Below, piece by piece: positions 55,099-64,000 of a DNA stretch of 64,000 nt. The stretch spans positions 303,341 through 367,340 of the forward strand of contig CP006914.1 in NCBI GenBank assembly GCA_000503835.1, in the 5' to 3' direction. The position numbers and the translations under genes are program-made. The notes beneath the pieces were generated by a model. The model saw nothing but the letters and a program-made list of their open reading frames with translations. It was not told where the DNA came from and searched no databases. Source of the DNA: a candidate division WWE3 bacterium RAAC2_WWE3_1 (GTDB lineage Bacteria; Patescibacteriota; WWE3; UBA101185; UBA10185). Every line of letters starts with the position of its first letter. The first letter of the stretch is position 1.

Positions 55099-55622
55099 TC
55101 TTCCCGTATCATTCTCGCTTCAAAAACAGTTTTCTTTTTCGAGTCACCCCAAAAGTAGAAGTATGACGCCAAAAGAACTATTCCCACACCGAGACTTATG
55201 GCAATGATTTGGTTATATCCGGTTTCAGGTACTCCTTCGGACTGAGGAGACGAGCCGGCAGTCACATTATTCGGAAGTGTCTGACCCAAATGCAAAACGA
55301 ATGAAATTTTTTCGCTACCCTGAGAAATTTCTATATTGTAATCTTTGTTTTCACCCGTAAAATCGTAAGACCATGCTCCGGATGTTACATTCACCGCGTT
55401 CGTAGTTTCTCCTACCTTTACCGAGACCTGTGAACCATCAGCTGCCGTACCCGATAATGTAGCATTAGTTGGTGTGTACCACCACTCAGAATAATTTTTA
55501 CCCGCCGTATCCAATGACCCTATTTTCGTTAAGGAAAGAGATGCTGAAAAAACGAACGTAGAAAAAGAAACGGATAAAATAGTGACGAGTAAAGTACCTT
55601 TTATTTTACCGAAGTTCCGCAT
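55095..55622 (-). CDS. Exported Ig-like protein with LPXTG-like C-terminal sorting signal
   Basis: Signal peptide; LSGTA..GS.V...G.W; VPETG + TM + KKK. Confidence 0.7.
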   Translation of the reverse strand: MRNFGKIKGTLLVTILSVSFSTFVFSASLSLTKIGSLDTAGKNYSEWWYTPTNATLSGTAADGSQVSVKVGETTNAVNVTSGAWSYDFTGENKDYNIEISQGSEKISFVLHLGQTLPNNVTAGSSPQSEGVPETGYNQIIAISLGVGIVLLASYFYFWGDSKKKTVFEARMIRED

Positions 55623-55692
55623 GTCTGACCTAAAGACTAGTAGCTTTGTTTTGGAGTGTCAAGAGATTCACCGCATTAATAAACACTAGTTC

Positions 55693-57177
55693 TCAAATTC
55701 CGGCTCTCTTACACGCATATACTGCCATCGGTCTGTATAACCGGTTGCCGAAATAGTGTTCTATCTCACACCTGTCGATCTCCGGAAAAATTTTTCTGTC
55801 AAAGTCCAGGCCATAGACCACGTAATCGGCGTCTTCCACGTTCAGAGTTAATTTTCCTTTGTAATATGGTTTAAACGACTCGATATTGTTGGGTACATGT
55901 GTGGAAATGTTCCGGCCTTTTTCGTTCAGATACATCGCGGCGTTTGAGTAATATTCGCCGGAGTTCTCATAAAACCCGGCCTTCAGTACAAAAGCCTGCC
56001 CGAAAAGAGGGTTTAAGTACGCTGAGTAAACGGGGTAAAAAATTCCGGTTGCCCATATAAAAGTAACTGTTTGCAGTAACATCAATACACCTAGCCAAAC
56101 CCATCTTAATTTTGAAAAGGCGACCGACACCAAGAGTATCAGGGAAGGGAATAGGGCGACAGAATATCTATCTATCTTCTGGTCGGTCAACGTTAAAAAT
56201 AATATAAGAAATACAAAGTATATAGCTATGACTAACGTGTCCCTGTTTTTTTCTTTAAACGTTTTTAATAACGAGTAGATGCCGGCAAAAATCATAACCG
56301 GTGACAACTTAAACGCCAGTATAATAGGGTAATAAAATATTTTCTGGGGTAACGTAAATATTTCTCCTCTTATATCGGAAAATACCGCGTTAAAAATGGC
56401 GTTGTACATACTTGTAAAAACAGAAAGAGGGTCTACCCAAAGAGCAGGAAAGAACAAAAAAAATGTTACGGCAACAGATATTACATATACAAAAAAGGTT
56501 TTAAACCCACTTCTCTTTACATAAATATTGTAAATAATTAACAGAATAGAGAACGCAACACTTATAAAAACCGTCATTTTTGTTAGAAGACCCAGTCCGG
56601 CAAAAAATCCCGAAAGTAGAAGATAGTAAAGTTTCTTCTTCCTTAGAAAAAGCAGTAATAACAGTAGAGAAGTTATAGAGAAAAAGGCTTCCATAGATGA
56701 TAAGTGAAACCACCTATTTATTCCTATGAAATACGGTTCCAAAGATATTAAGAAACCAAAGGCCACAGCAGTTTTCCAACCGAAAAGCTCTCTGATAAGA
56801 TAAAGTTGCAGCACAAAGGTAAAGGCCAGGACAAGGACTAAAAACAGCTTCGACAGCCCGTGAAGACGGGGGAAGAAACCCGTGTTCTCAAGCGTCCCGA
56901 CTTCCTCTCCTTTTATTTGCTGATATTCAGACAATGCCAGTTCAGACGTTGCCCCGACCCACATTACCGTCACGCCGGGATGATATCTTTGGTAGGTCTG
57001 CTCAAAATTCTCTTCCTTTAACGCCGACAGAAAATTACCGGCTCTGCGATGCCATCTAAGCGCGTCCGAATTAGAAATGTCGTTACCCAAGCTAAAAACT
57101 CGCGGGAGCAAAAAAAGTAATAACAGGAACACCACAATAAATACAAACCTCGTCATTACCTTAGTTGACTTGTTCAA
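55693..57177 (-). CDS. GT-C fold glycosyltransferase (PMT/ArnT-like)
   Basis: HPGVT.MW, LLTK, FPALW, K.DRY; multi-TM. Confidence 0.8.
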   Translation of the reverse strand: MNKSTKVMTRFVFIVVFLLLLFLLPRVFSLGNDISNSDALRWHRRAGNFLSALKEENFEQTYQRYHPGVTVMWVGATSELALSEYQQIKGEEVGTLENTGFFPRLHGLSKLFLVLVLAFTFVLQLYLIRELFGWKTAVAFGFLISLEPYFIGINRWFHLSSMEAFFSITSLLLLLLFLRKKKLYYLLLSGFFAGLGLLTKMTVFISVAFSILLIIYNIYVKRSGFKTFFVYVISVAVTFFLFFPALWVDPLSVFTSMYNAIFNAVFSDIRGEIFTLPQKIFYYPIILAFKLSPVMIFAGIYSLLKTFKEKNRDTLVIAIYFVFLILFLTLTDQKIDRYSVALFPSLILLVSVAFSKLRWVWLGVLMLLQTVTFIWATGIFYPVYSAYLNPLFGQAFVLKAGFYENSGEYYSNAAMYLNEKGRNISTHVPNNIESFKPYYKGKLTLNVEDADYVVYGLDFDRKIFPEIDRCEIEHYFGNRLYRPMAVYACKRAGI

Positions 57178-57241
57178 AAAAGTATTATCTATAGATAAAG
57201 GATATCAGACCGATTGTTAGTCCGGCAAACGGGATAAAAAA

Positions 57242-58792
57242 TTAATCGATCTTTTGATACAAATAAATATACGGTTTTACCCACAGACTTCCGGGAAACT
57301 CTATTTTCTTTACCTCTTCCGTCAAATACAGGTCACGATAAGGCTTGTTCACATCCGCGCTGTCGTATGTAAAGTCGAATACGTAGTTCCTCCTAAGATT
57401 GAGGTATTTTAATTTCCACGCGTTCGTTCCCTGTATCCTTCTCGGCTCTTTGTCGTAAGTGATGACCAACTCCTCGGACTTGTTCCAGATATACTTATTT
57501 ACCAAAATAAAATCCATCGACAACTGGTAGTTGTAGAAAACGAGGAACGCCAAAAACGGGACGATTAAAATCTTATTTACAACCTTTAAACCGCTTACAC
57601 CTAAAATAAGAAAGATGGACGCCGGAACAAGAATCACCAGATATCTGTCGTAAAAGGTCTCTGTTACGGTCATTACTCCAAGGTAGGTGATTATAAAGAC
57701 CGCCCACAACCCGCTTATTTTTTTAATCTTCAAGAGCGCGTAGGAAATAAAAACGCTTAATATTATCTTTGCCGCGGAATCCCAATGTCGGTAAAGATCA
57801 AACATGTACCTGAAATAATATTTGGTTCCGAGCACCCCGCGCGGATAAAATCCTTTTCGCTCAAATGTGTTTTCGAAATAGGGAAATTCTCCCCACGATA
57901 CTTTTGACGGTTGAAAATAATGATTTAATAAAAAATATGCGCCCGCGGCAATACCCAAAAAAATGACCCATTTTAATTTATTTTTCTCCTTAAACCCGGG
58001 CACGAGCAAAGGAAGGAGAAGGGCAGACATCAGTATAAATGAACCGTAAATCAGTGAGTAAACATAAGGTGTGTCCTTAAGATGATGAAACTGCAAACCT
58101 TTCTCCAGCATCTCCGGAGTTGCCGGAAAAACAAGCGCATAATAAATACCCAGACCTGCCAGAATTATCAAATTTAATAGAACCTGTTTCCTATCCAGTT
58201 TGAAAAAAGAGTATATAAGGGCGGAAAGGGGTAACACCAAAGCAACCTGCCGTATATTTAACGCCAGAAAAATAAATACAACGTATAACACCGTGCTTTT
58301 TCTGCTTCCCGACCCCACTGTATCTAAATAAAACAGGATCGATAAAAGCATAAAAAGAAGAAAGTAATTCTCCGTCATAAAGCCCCACACCGAATAAATA
58401 AAAAGTGGATTAAAAAACATTACGAGCGACACCGGCACAGACCAAAACCGTCCCAAATTAAAATGTTTGAGCAAAATGACAAAAAGAAAGAAAAAACACA
58501 GGACAGAAACAATAAGAGTGAGGACGGGCAGCCTTTCCAACCCAAAAACCCGTGCAAAAAGAAGCCCCATTACACCCTGAGTATAAAAGGTGGGTGCCGA
58601 CAACGGATCCAGTCTAAAGTCCAGTTTCATGAAATTTTCGACCATGCCGTAATAAACCCAATCATCGTTCTGCATGAAATCTATTTTCAAGGAAAGCGGG
58701 AGCAACAGGAAAAAAAGTGCGATAGCGGCTGCCGCGCCGAAGAAATAATTGCTATTAACAATTTTGTTCAGTAATTCTTTCTTTACATGCAT
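57242..58792 (-). CDS. GT-C fold glycosyltransferase
   Basis: NDDWVY, NP, FMTE, RQ, DRY; multi-TM. Confidence 0.78.
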   Translation of the reverse strand: MHVKKELLNKIVNSNYFFGAAAAIALFFLLLPLSLKIDFMQNDDWVYYGMVENFMKLDFRLDPLSAPTFYTQGVMGLLFARVFGLERLPVLTLIVSVLCFFFLFVILLKHFNLGRFWSVPVSLVMFFNPLFIYSVWGFMTENYFLLFMLLSILFYLDTVGSGSRKSTVLYVVFIFLALNIRQVALVLPLSALIYSFFKLDRKQVLLNLIILAGLGIYYALVFPATPEMLEKGLQFHHLKDTPYVYSLIYGSFILMSALLLPLLVPGFKEKNKLKWVIFLGIAAGAYFLLNHYFQPSKVSWGEFPYFENTFERKGFYPRGVLGTKYYFRYMFDLYRHWDSAAKIILSVFISYALLKIKKISGLWAVFIITYLGVMTVTETFYDRYLVILVPASIFLILGVSGLKVVNKILIVPFLAFLVFYNYQLSMDFILVNKYIWNKSEELVITYDKEPRRIQGTNAWKLKYLNLRRNYVFDFTYDSADVNKPYRDLYLTEEVKKIEFPGSLWVKPYIYLYQKID

Positions 58793-58805
58793 ATGAACGC
58801 AGGTT

Positions 58806-59894
58806 TCAAAGTGGACGCCAGATGTGAAAACCTTCCTTCCAATAATATATATAGACGTAATAAAAAACCCAGTAAGAAAGAAGGGATAAATAATACAGCA
58901 GGAGTTTTCTGCCCAGCACGCCATACATTGTGATTGCATAAACAGGCATTATCCAAAGCATGTACGTGCGATTAAGTACCGGGGTGAAAAAATAAAACAA
59001 CGCCAAACACACTGCAGCCAGCAAATATTTTTCTTTTATTTTAAAGAAAAAATGCGCGATACTTGTAAAGAGCCAGGCCGACAATATAGAAGCGTACACG
59101 TAAAATTTGACGGGAATTATCCGCACAAGCTCCACTTTACCGTAATAACTTATAAACCATAAAAAGGGACGTCCCTGAACAAACCGCTCCTCATGTACAA
59201 AGACTGCTCCGTTAAGGTAAGTCATAAAATCATCCCATGATCCAAGGAAAGGAATACTTAACGCGAAACCGATCAGAGCGGAGGAGATTATGATTTTTAT
59301 CGGTTTTTGGGATCTCAAAAGAAAGAGCGGCAGTAAAACGATAGAGTAGGGCTTGGCCGCAACCGCCAGGGCAAGAAATACTCCCGCAAGAACATCGTCT
59401 TTGTCCAGATAGTAAAGAGCAAGCAACGATAAAAATACCGGCAGAGGGTCCGTATAAACATAATTATTTTTCATGTAGAAATAAGGGTTCCAGAACCAAA
59501 AGAGAAGGGCGCCCAAAAGGGCAGCATAATTTTTACGGTAAAGATATTTAACAAGTAATATGCCGACACCCACATCGGCTAACAATATGGGTATCTTGCT
59601 CAAAACATAAAAGGATACTCCGCTAAGTTTTGAGATGATATAAAAGAACGAATTTAAGTAAAGAAGCAGGGGCAGGTAAGCATACCCGTGGTTTCCCGGG
59701 TCGTCCGGATTGGAATATGATTCTACGGTCCATTTATAAGGATTCACCCCCGTTAAAATATCTTCCACAGATTTCTCGTACGCGTAGATGTCTTTTCCGA
59801 ACCCGCCGAAAAATTCAATACGCATAAACACGGCCGCCAAAAACATCGCGGCGACCACAGCTATTTTAATGAATTTTGTGAATTTATTTTTCAT
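58806..59894 (-). CDS. GT-C fold glycosyltransferase (GT87/PIG-M-like)
   Basis: NPY...Y.YLP, K.P..LAD, WNP, K.Y. Confidence 0.78.
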   Translation of the reverse strand: MKNKFTKFIKIAVVAAMFLAAVFMRIEFFGGFGKDIYAYEKSVEDILTGVNPYKWTVESYSNPDDPGNHGYAYLPLLLYLNSFFYIISKLSGVSFYVLSKIPILLADVGVGILLVKYLYRKNYAALLGALLFWFWNPYFYMKNNYVYTDPLPVFLSLLALYYLDKDDVLAGVFLALAVAAKPYSIVLLPLFLLRSQKPIKIIISSALIGFALSIPFLGSWDDFMTYLNGAVFVHEERFVQGRPFLWFISYYGKVELVRIIPVKFYVYASILSAWLFTSIAHFFFKIKEKYLLAAVCLALFYFFTPVLNRTYMLWIMPVYAITMYGVLGRKLLLYYLSLLSYWVFYYVYIYYWKEGFHIWRPL

Positions 59895-61383
59895 CTATGC
59901 TCACTTTATATATCCTCATCGTATTTTCGCCCCGAACTTCTATTCTCTTCACCGTCTTTTTATTTTTTATCGAAGGAAAAGTGTAATCATTGACGAACGA
60001 CAGCGGTCGTTTAACACCTATGGCATAATATTCGGCTTCTTTACCGTACCTGAGAGGAAGATAAAATCCTCCTATGCTGGATTCTTCGTTCGTAACGTAA
60101 GGAATATCCGAACCGTTCCGGGAGTTCTCGCCTACAAGAAATTCGGCAGCTTCTTTCCAGCCCCGGTAGATAGGGAAGCCGATTATGTTGTTGGGAAGGC
60201 TTCTCTGAGAGTAGGGTCTGGTCTTGTAGCCCAAAATATCTTCCTGCGCCCACGGGTAATCCACCCGCGTATCTGCGAACAATAAATAATCCTGATACGC
60301 GAAAAAGGAGAAAAGGACTATTAACAAAATAACAACAGCCTTAGACAACAATCCTTTAAAAAGCTGATAAAAATACTGAGCGCCCAACGCGGCAAGCACT
60401 GCCAAAGGATAAAAAATGTTGTAAACATGAGTACCGGGTTTTATAACGAGGAATAAAAAAGCTGCTAACGACATCAAGAACCAGTAAAAATACGGGAACG
60501 CCCTTTTGGATCCGATAAGTCCCGCAAAGGCCAACGCCCCCAGCGCATAAAGGTAAATAAACGGGTTATAAAGTTCAATTTTCCCGATGTACTCTTTAAG
60601 GTTAGCCATGACGCCCTCAAAAGAAATATCGGTATATCCGACCCTTGATTTAAAATAATTAATGTTTACGGCATCAGACAAAGCTACGCTCGAGTAATTT
60701 ATAAAAAAGGGTAAAAAGACCAATAGAACGGGCAGGGACATGGCGCCTATAATAGATCTTTTTTGTTTTCCTCTCAGCGGTGCAAACAGAACATACCTAC
60801 AGAACAAAAATAATGCCGGGGGCAGAACAAAGAGCATATCCCAGTGGGACATCGCGGATAGGCTCAAAAATAAAGAGCTTAAAATAGAATTTATTATTCT
60901 GTGCTTCTCGTTTTTTAATAATGAAAGAAAATATAATCCTGAGAATGAGAAAAGCAGGTTGAGACTTTGGTATTGAACGACCCTCCCGAAAGCTACCAAC
61001 ATCCCGTTCAGACCCAGAAATAATGTCGCCACTACAGCCACAAACTGCCCTTCTAAATTTTCTATGAATTTATAGAAAAAGAACAATCCCAGAACCGAAG
61101 CCAGAAAAAAAGGAAATCGGTAGGAAAACTCGTCGAACACGTTCACGCCGAAAACACTGACCGCCTGAGCAGTCAAAAACTGCATCGGACCTTTTCTCTG
61201 AGCAAATAAAAAGTCGGCGTTTATTTCGGAGTCTTTAACAGGGGTCATGACCGTAGTTTCATCAGGAATATACTCAGAAAACCCGAGATTAATCAGACGC
61301 AAAAGTGTGAACGAAAGGAATACCGCAGTCAGCACCACAATGTTAGCGTATTTAACTATTACGGCTATATTCTTCTCAAGCAT
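59884..61383 (-). CDS. GT-C fold glycosyltransferase (GT39-like)
   Basis: DE, QRKGPMQF, R.PF, R..QY. Confidence 0.8.
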   Translation of the reverse strand: MLEKNIAVIVKYANIVVLTAVFLSFTLLRLINLGFSEYIPDETTVMTPVKDSEINADFLFAQRKGPMQFLTAQAVSVFGVNVFDEFSYRFPFFLASVLGLFFFYKFIENLEGQFVAVVATLFLGLNGMLVAFGRVVQYQSLNLLFSFSGLYFLSLLKNEKHRIINSILSSLFLSLSAMSHWDMLFVLPPALFLFCRYVLFAPLRGKQKRSIIGAMSLPVLLVFLPFFINYSSVALSDAVNINYFKSRVGYTDISFEGVMANLKEYIGKIELYNPFIYLYALGALAFAGLIGSKRAFPYFYWFLMSLAAFLFLVIKPGTHVYNIFYPLAVLAALGAQYFYQLFKGLLSKAVVILLIVLFSFFAYQDYLLFADTRVDYPWAQEDILGYKTRPYSQRSLPNNIIGFPIYRGWKEAAEFLVGENSRNGSDIPYVTNEESSIGGFYLPLRYGKEAEYYAIGVKRPLSFVNDYTFPSIKNKKTVKRIEVRGENTMRIYKVSIDEK

Positions 61384-61460
61384 TTATAACTAAATTCTAG
61401 CAAAAAAGAGAATTTATGATATTATATAGATACACGTAAATATATTGAAAGGAGCGCTTC

Positions 61461-62060
61461 ATGCTAAAAGATCTTCCGGAATTAAATTACACGTTCGATG
61501 CTTTGGAACCGTACATAGACGCGCAAACAATGGAGATTCATTACACAAAACACCACAAAACGTACTTAGATAAATTAATTATGGCAGTTTCCGGTACGTC
61601 ATTGGAAAACATGGAGCTGGAAGATATATTAATGTCGCCCGGCGCTATAGATGAAACCATAAAAACAGCCGTGTTGAACAACGGCGGCGGAGTATTTAAC
61701 CACAACTTTTTCTGGAAAATTATGGGGCCGCCGAATAGTAATGCTCCCGAAGGCGGGATATTAGAAAAAATCAACGAGACATTCGGTTCTTTTCAGGCTT
61801 TTAAAGAGGAGTTCAACAAAAGCGCTTTGTCACTTTTCGGAAGCGGCTGGACGTGGCTGGTGCAAGGAAAAGACGGGAAGGTCATGATAATGAACACTCA
61901 AAACCAGGTTACGCCTATATCTGAGGGTTACAGACCTATACTGGCCCTGGATATATGGGAGCACGCCTACTATCTCAAATATCAGAACAGGCGCGCAGAC
62001 TACATCTCTAACTGGTGGAACGTGGTCAATTGGAAAAATGTCAGCCAAATGCTGGCCTAA
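61461..62060 (+). CDS. sodA: Fe/Mn superoxide dismutase
   Basis: LEPYID..TM.IHY.KHH, NH.FFW, FGSGW, DIWEHAYY. Confidence 0.93.
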   Translation: MLKDLPELNYTFDALEPYIDAQTMEIHYTKHHKTYLDKLIMAVSGTSLENMELEDILMSPGAIDETIKTAVLNNGGGVFNHNFFWKIMGPPNSNAPEGGILEKINETFGSFQAFKEEFNKSALSLFGSGWTWLVQGKDGKVMIMNTQNQVTPISEGYRPILALDIWEHAYYLKYQNRRADYISNWWNVVNWKNVSQMLA

Positions 62061-62062
62061 AA

Positions 62063-63499
62063 TCACTTAATAAGCTTGTAGACACGTGAAACAGGTTCGG
62101 TGCCGTTAAAGAACTCAGCTTTAAGGTTATACCTGCCGGCATTTTCCGAAAGGAAATGTTCCTTAGGATTATCAATCTCCTGGCTATCGATTACATGCAC
62201 GTAGTATTGGGGTAAAAAATTGGGACCGGGCCGCGTATAAGCAAACCCCCTCAGATAATAATCGGCGTACGAATCATTATCATTTGTAAAAACTCCGTTT
62301 ACGTCTTTCTTTTCCTCAAAATACATTCTTATCCGTTCCCACCCCCTGTTATACGGAAAACCGTATAAAAAAAGCTGATATTTTTTCTCTATTTTATTTA
62401 CGCGCAAGCCAAGAAAACTTGATTGTTTCCACGGATAACCTGTATTTAAAGAAGGAACGAAGGTAAAAAAGGAAATACCCACGTACATACAAAGTAGGGC
62501 GGTGGCCGTATAGCGCATATACTTTCCCGCTTTTGAGAGCATAACTCCGCTTAAAATTATTAAAGGGAGCAGATAGTTTTGAATATGAGTCCCCGGGTTC
62601 TTAATAATTACTTCGTAGAAAGCTAATGCCGCGATGAACCATACCTGAACTATACTTAATTTACGATCCCCCTTTGTAAAAAAGGAGAAAAGCCCGGGAA
62701 GCATAAAAATAAAGAAAACGTATAAAGGGTTGTAGACGCCGGTCGTATATAGCGAACTATTAGGTAAATATCCGCTTCCCGACATACGTCTTGATACATA
62801 ATTTAGTGTGTTGGAAGCTAAGTATCCCTTAATTATGTACGGAAGGTAGAACGGCAGTAAAAACAATACCGAAGGTAATAAAAAATATTTAATAAAAGGT
62901 ACGGCATCCTTTTTATTTCCGATATAGATTAAAATGATCGGGATCAGAAAAAATATACCGTCGTAGTGGCTGTAAACTGAAAACGACCAGAACAGTGCAG
63001 AAATAAGAAGATATATTTTCTTTTGATTTTGTTTAGATAAAAGGGTAAATAATAAAGACAGAAGCCCGAACAACATTAAAAACGACTGGTATTGAGCGGT
63101 CCGCCCGAAAGCTACGCTGAATCCGGAGAAAGCGTAGATGGTTGTCGAAAAGTATGCCGCGGTATTGCCGAATAGCTTTTTGACGACAAAATAAAAAACT
63201 ACCACCGACAGAACAGAGGCTAAAGAGAAAGGCAGACGTATCCAGGCTTCGTTGTAGCCTCCTGATATCTTTTCCATTACCCAGGTTGCAACGAACTGTA
63301 CAGGTCCCTTTCTTTGATCCAGTAAAAACTCGAAAGCCGCGACCGTCTTATCCAGATATAAGGTTTTTATTTCGTCTCCGTAATAATGAGAATACCCCAA
63401 ACCCGAAACGCGTACAGAAAAACTGGCGATAACTAAAAGAAGAAGAAATGTTTGTTCAAAGCTTAGCTTTTTAAGTAATACCCCGGGTCTAGTAAGCAT
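62063..63499 (-). CDS. GT-C fold glycosyltransferase (GT39-like), paralog of 59884-61383
   Basis: DE, QRKGPVQF, RLPF, RTAQYQ, PGTH. Confidence 0.8.
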   Translation of the reverse strand: MLTRPGVLLKKLSFEQTFLLLLVIASFSVRVSGLGYSHYYGDEIKTLYLDKTVAAFEFLLDQRKGPVQFVATWVMEKISGGYNEAWIRLPFSLASVLSVVVFYFVVKKLFGNTAAYFSTTIYAFSGFSVAFGRTAQYQSFLMLFGLLSLLFTLLSKQNQKKIYLLISALFWSFSVYSHYDGIFFLIPIILIYIGNKKDAVPFIKYFLLPSVLFLLPFYLPYIIKGYLASNTLNYVSRRMSGSGYLPNSSLYTTGVYNPLYVFFIFMLPGLFSFFTKGDRKLSIVQVWFIAALAFYEVIIKNPGTHIQNYLLPLIILSGVMLSKAGKYMRYTATALLCMYVGISFFTFVPSLNTGYPWKQSSFLGLRVNKIEKKYQLFLYGFPYNRGWERIRMYFEEKKDVNGVFTNDNDSYADYYLRGFAYTRPGPNFLPQYYVHVIDSQEIDNPKEHFLSENAGRYNLKAEFFNGTEPVSRVYKLIK

Positions 63500-64000
63500 C
63501 TGATTTTACCTGAACACCCCGTTCTGCGAGAAGTCTGACGGCGTCAAGAGCGGCCATACAGCCTATCCCCGAAGCTGTTATCGCCTGTCTGTAATGATGG
63601 TCGGCAACGTCTCCCGCTGCAAAAACACCTTCTTTGGAGGTTTTTGTGTTCGAATTCACAACTATGTAGCCTTTTTCGTCTAACTCGATAAATCCCTTTA
63701 GAAATGATGTGTTGGGTTCGTGCCCTATTGCTACGAACAAACCTTTAACGTCGCTCATTTCTTTTTCCTCGCCTGTCTTATTGTTAAAGACACGCAGTCC
63801 CTCCACATTACGTTCTCCCAGCACCTCTCTAACCTCGGTGTTAAACACAAATTCTATTTTTGGATTATCTTCGGAACGTTTTTGCATTATCCTGCTGGCT
63901 TTCATATGTTCTTTGTCACCTCTTACCAAAACGTAGACCATGGAAGCAAACTTAGTTAAAAACAGACTTTCTTCCATCGCGGCGTCTCCTCCGCCCACTA
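63489..64000 (-). CDS. trxB: Thioredoxin reductase (C-terminal part; start is outside the window)
   Basis: GGGDAAMEE, FVAIGH.PN, GVFAAGDV, YRQAIT. Confidence 0.93.
   Translation of the reverse strand, partial: VGGGDAAMEESLFLTKFASMVYVLVRGDKEHMKASRIMQKRSEDNPKIEFVFNTEVREVLGERNVEGLRVFNNKTGEEKEMSDVKGLFVAIGHEPNTSFLKGFIELDEKGYIVVNSNTKTSKEGVFAAGDVADHHYRQAITASGIGCMAALDAVRLLAERGVQVKSDAY

Noticed and set aside
1-64000. CRISPR array, rRNA, IS or integrase
   Set aside because: No regularly spaced repeats, rRNA-like sequence or transposase/recombinase motifs were recognised by eye.

Overview
A gene-dense, moderately AT-rich bacterial chromosome segment. Gene content suggests a Patescibacteria/CPR organism, possibly WWE3/Katanobacteria (inference only): fermentative enzymes, a minimal group 3b-like NiFe hydrogenase, Elp3, many GT-C glycosyltransferases and small orphan membrane proteins. 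Bases 1-9000 are a variable region anchored on tRNA genes. An intact tRNA-Val(UAC) is sandwiched between its own 5' and 3' half-copies. tRNA-Gln(UUG) is followed by a ~4 kb island bounded by a diverged copy of the patatin 3' end plus a pseudo-tRNA-Gln. The island holds a compact graspetide-type RiPP locus: a 46-aa precursor missed by the ORF track (PFGAKYL leader motif, TxTxTxT...DxDxD core) next to an MvdC/D-like ATP-grasp ligase. Bases 10.5-20.7 kb are an energy module: ADP-forming acetyl-CoA synthetase fused to an FNR domain, 2-oxoacid:ferredoxin oxidoreductase, a [3Fe-4S]-type ferredoxin and an atypical NiFe hydrogenase. After that come a P-type ATPase/copper cluster (21-31 kb), exported and orphan proteins, sugar catabolism genes (pyk, GH1, ROK), a divergent Elp3/Trm9-like pair, pcm, a GT-C array interrupted by sod, and a partial trxB. 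Many genes have a -10 box exactly 6 nt before the start codon, suggesting leaderless mRNAs. All family assignments come from motif recognition by eye; no database searches were run.
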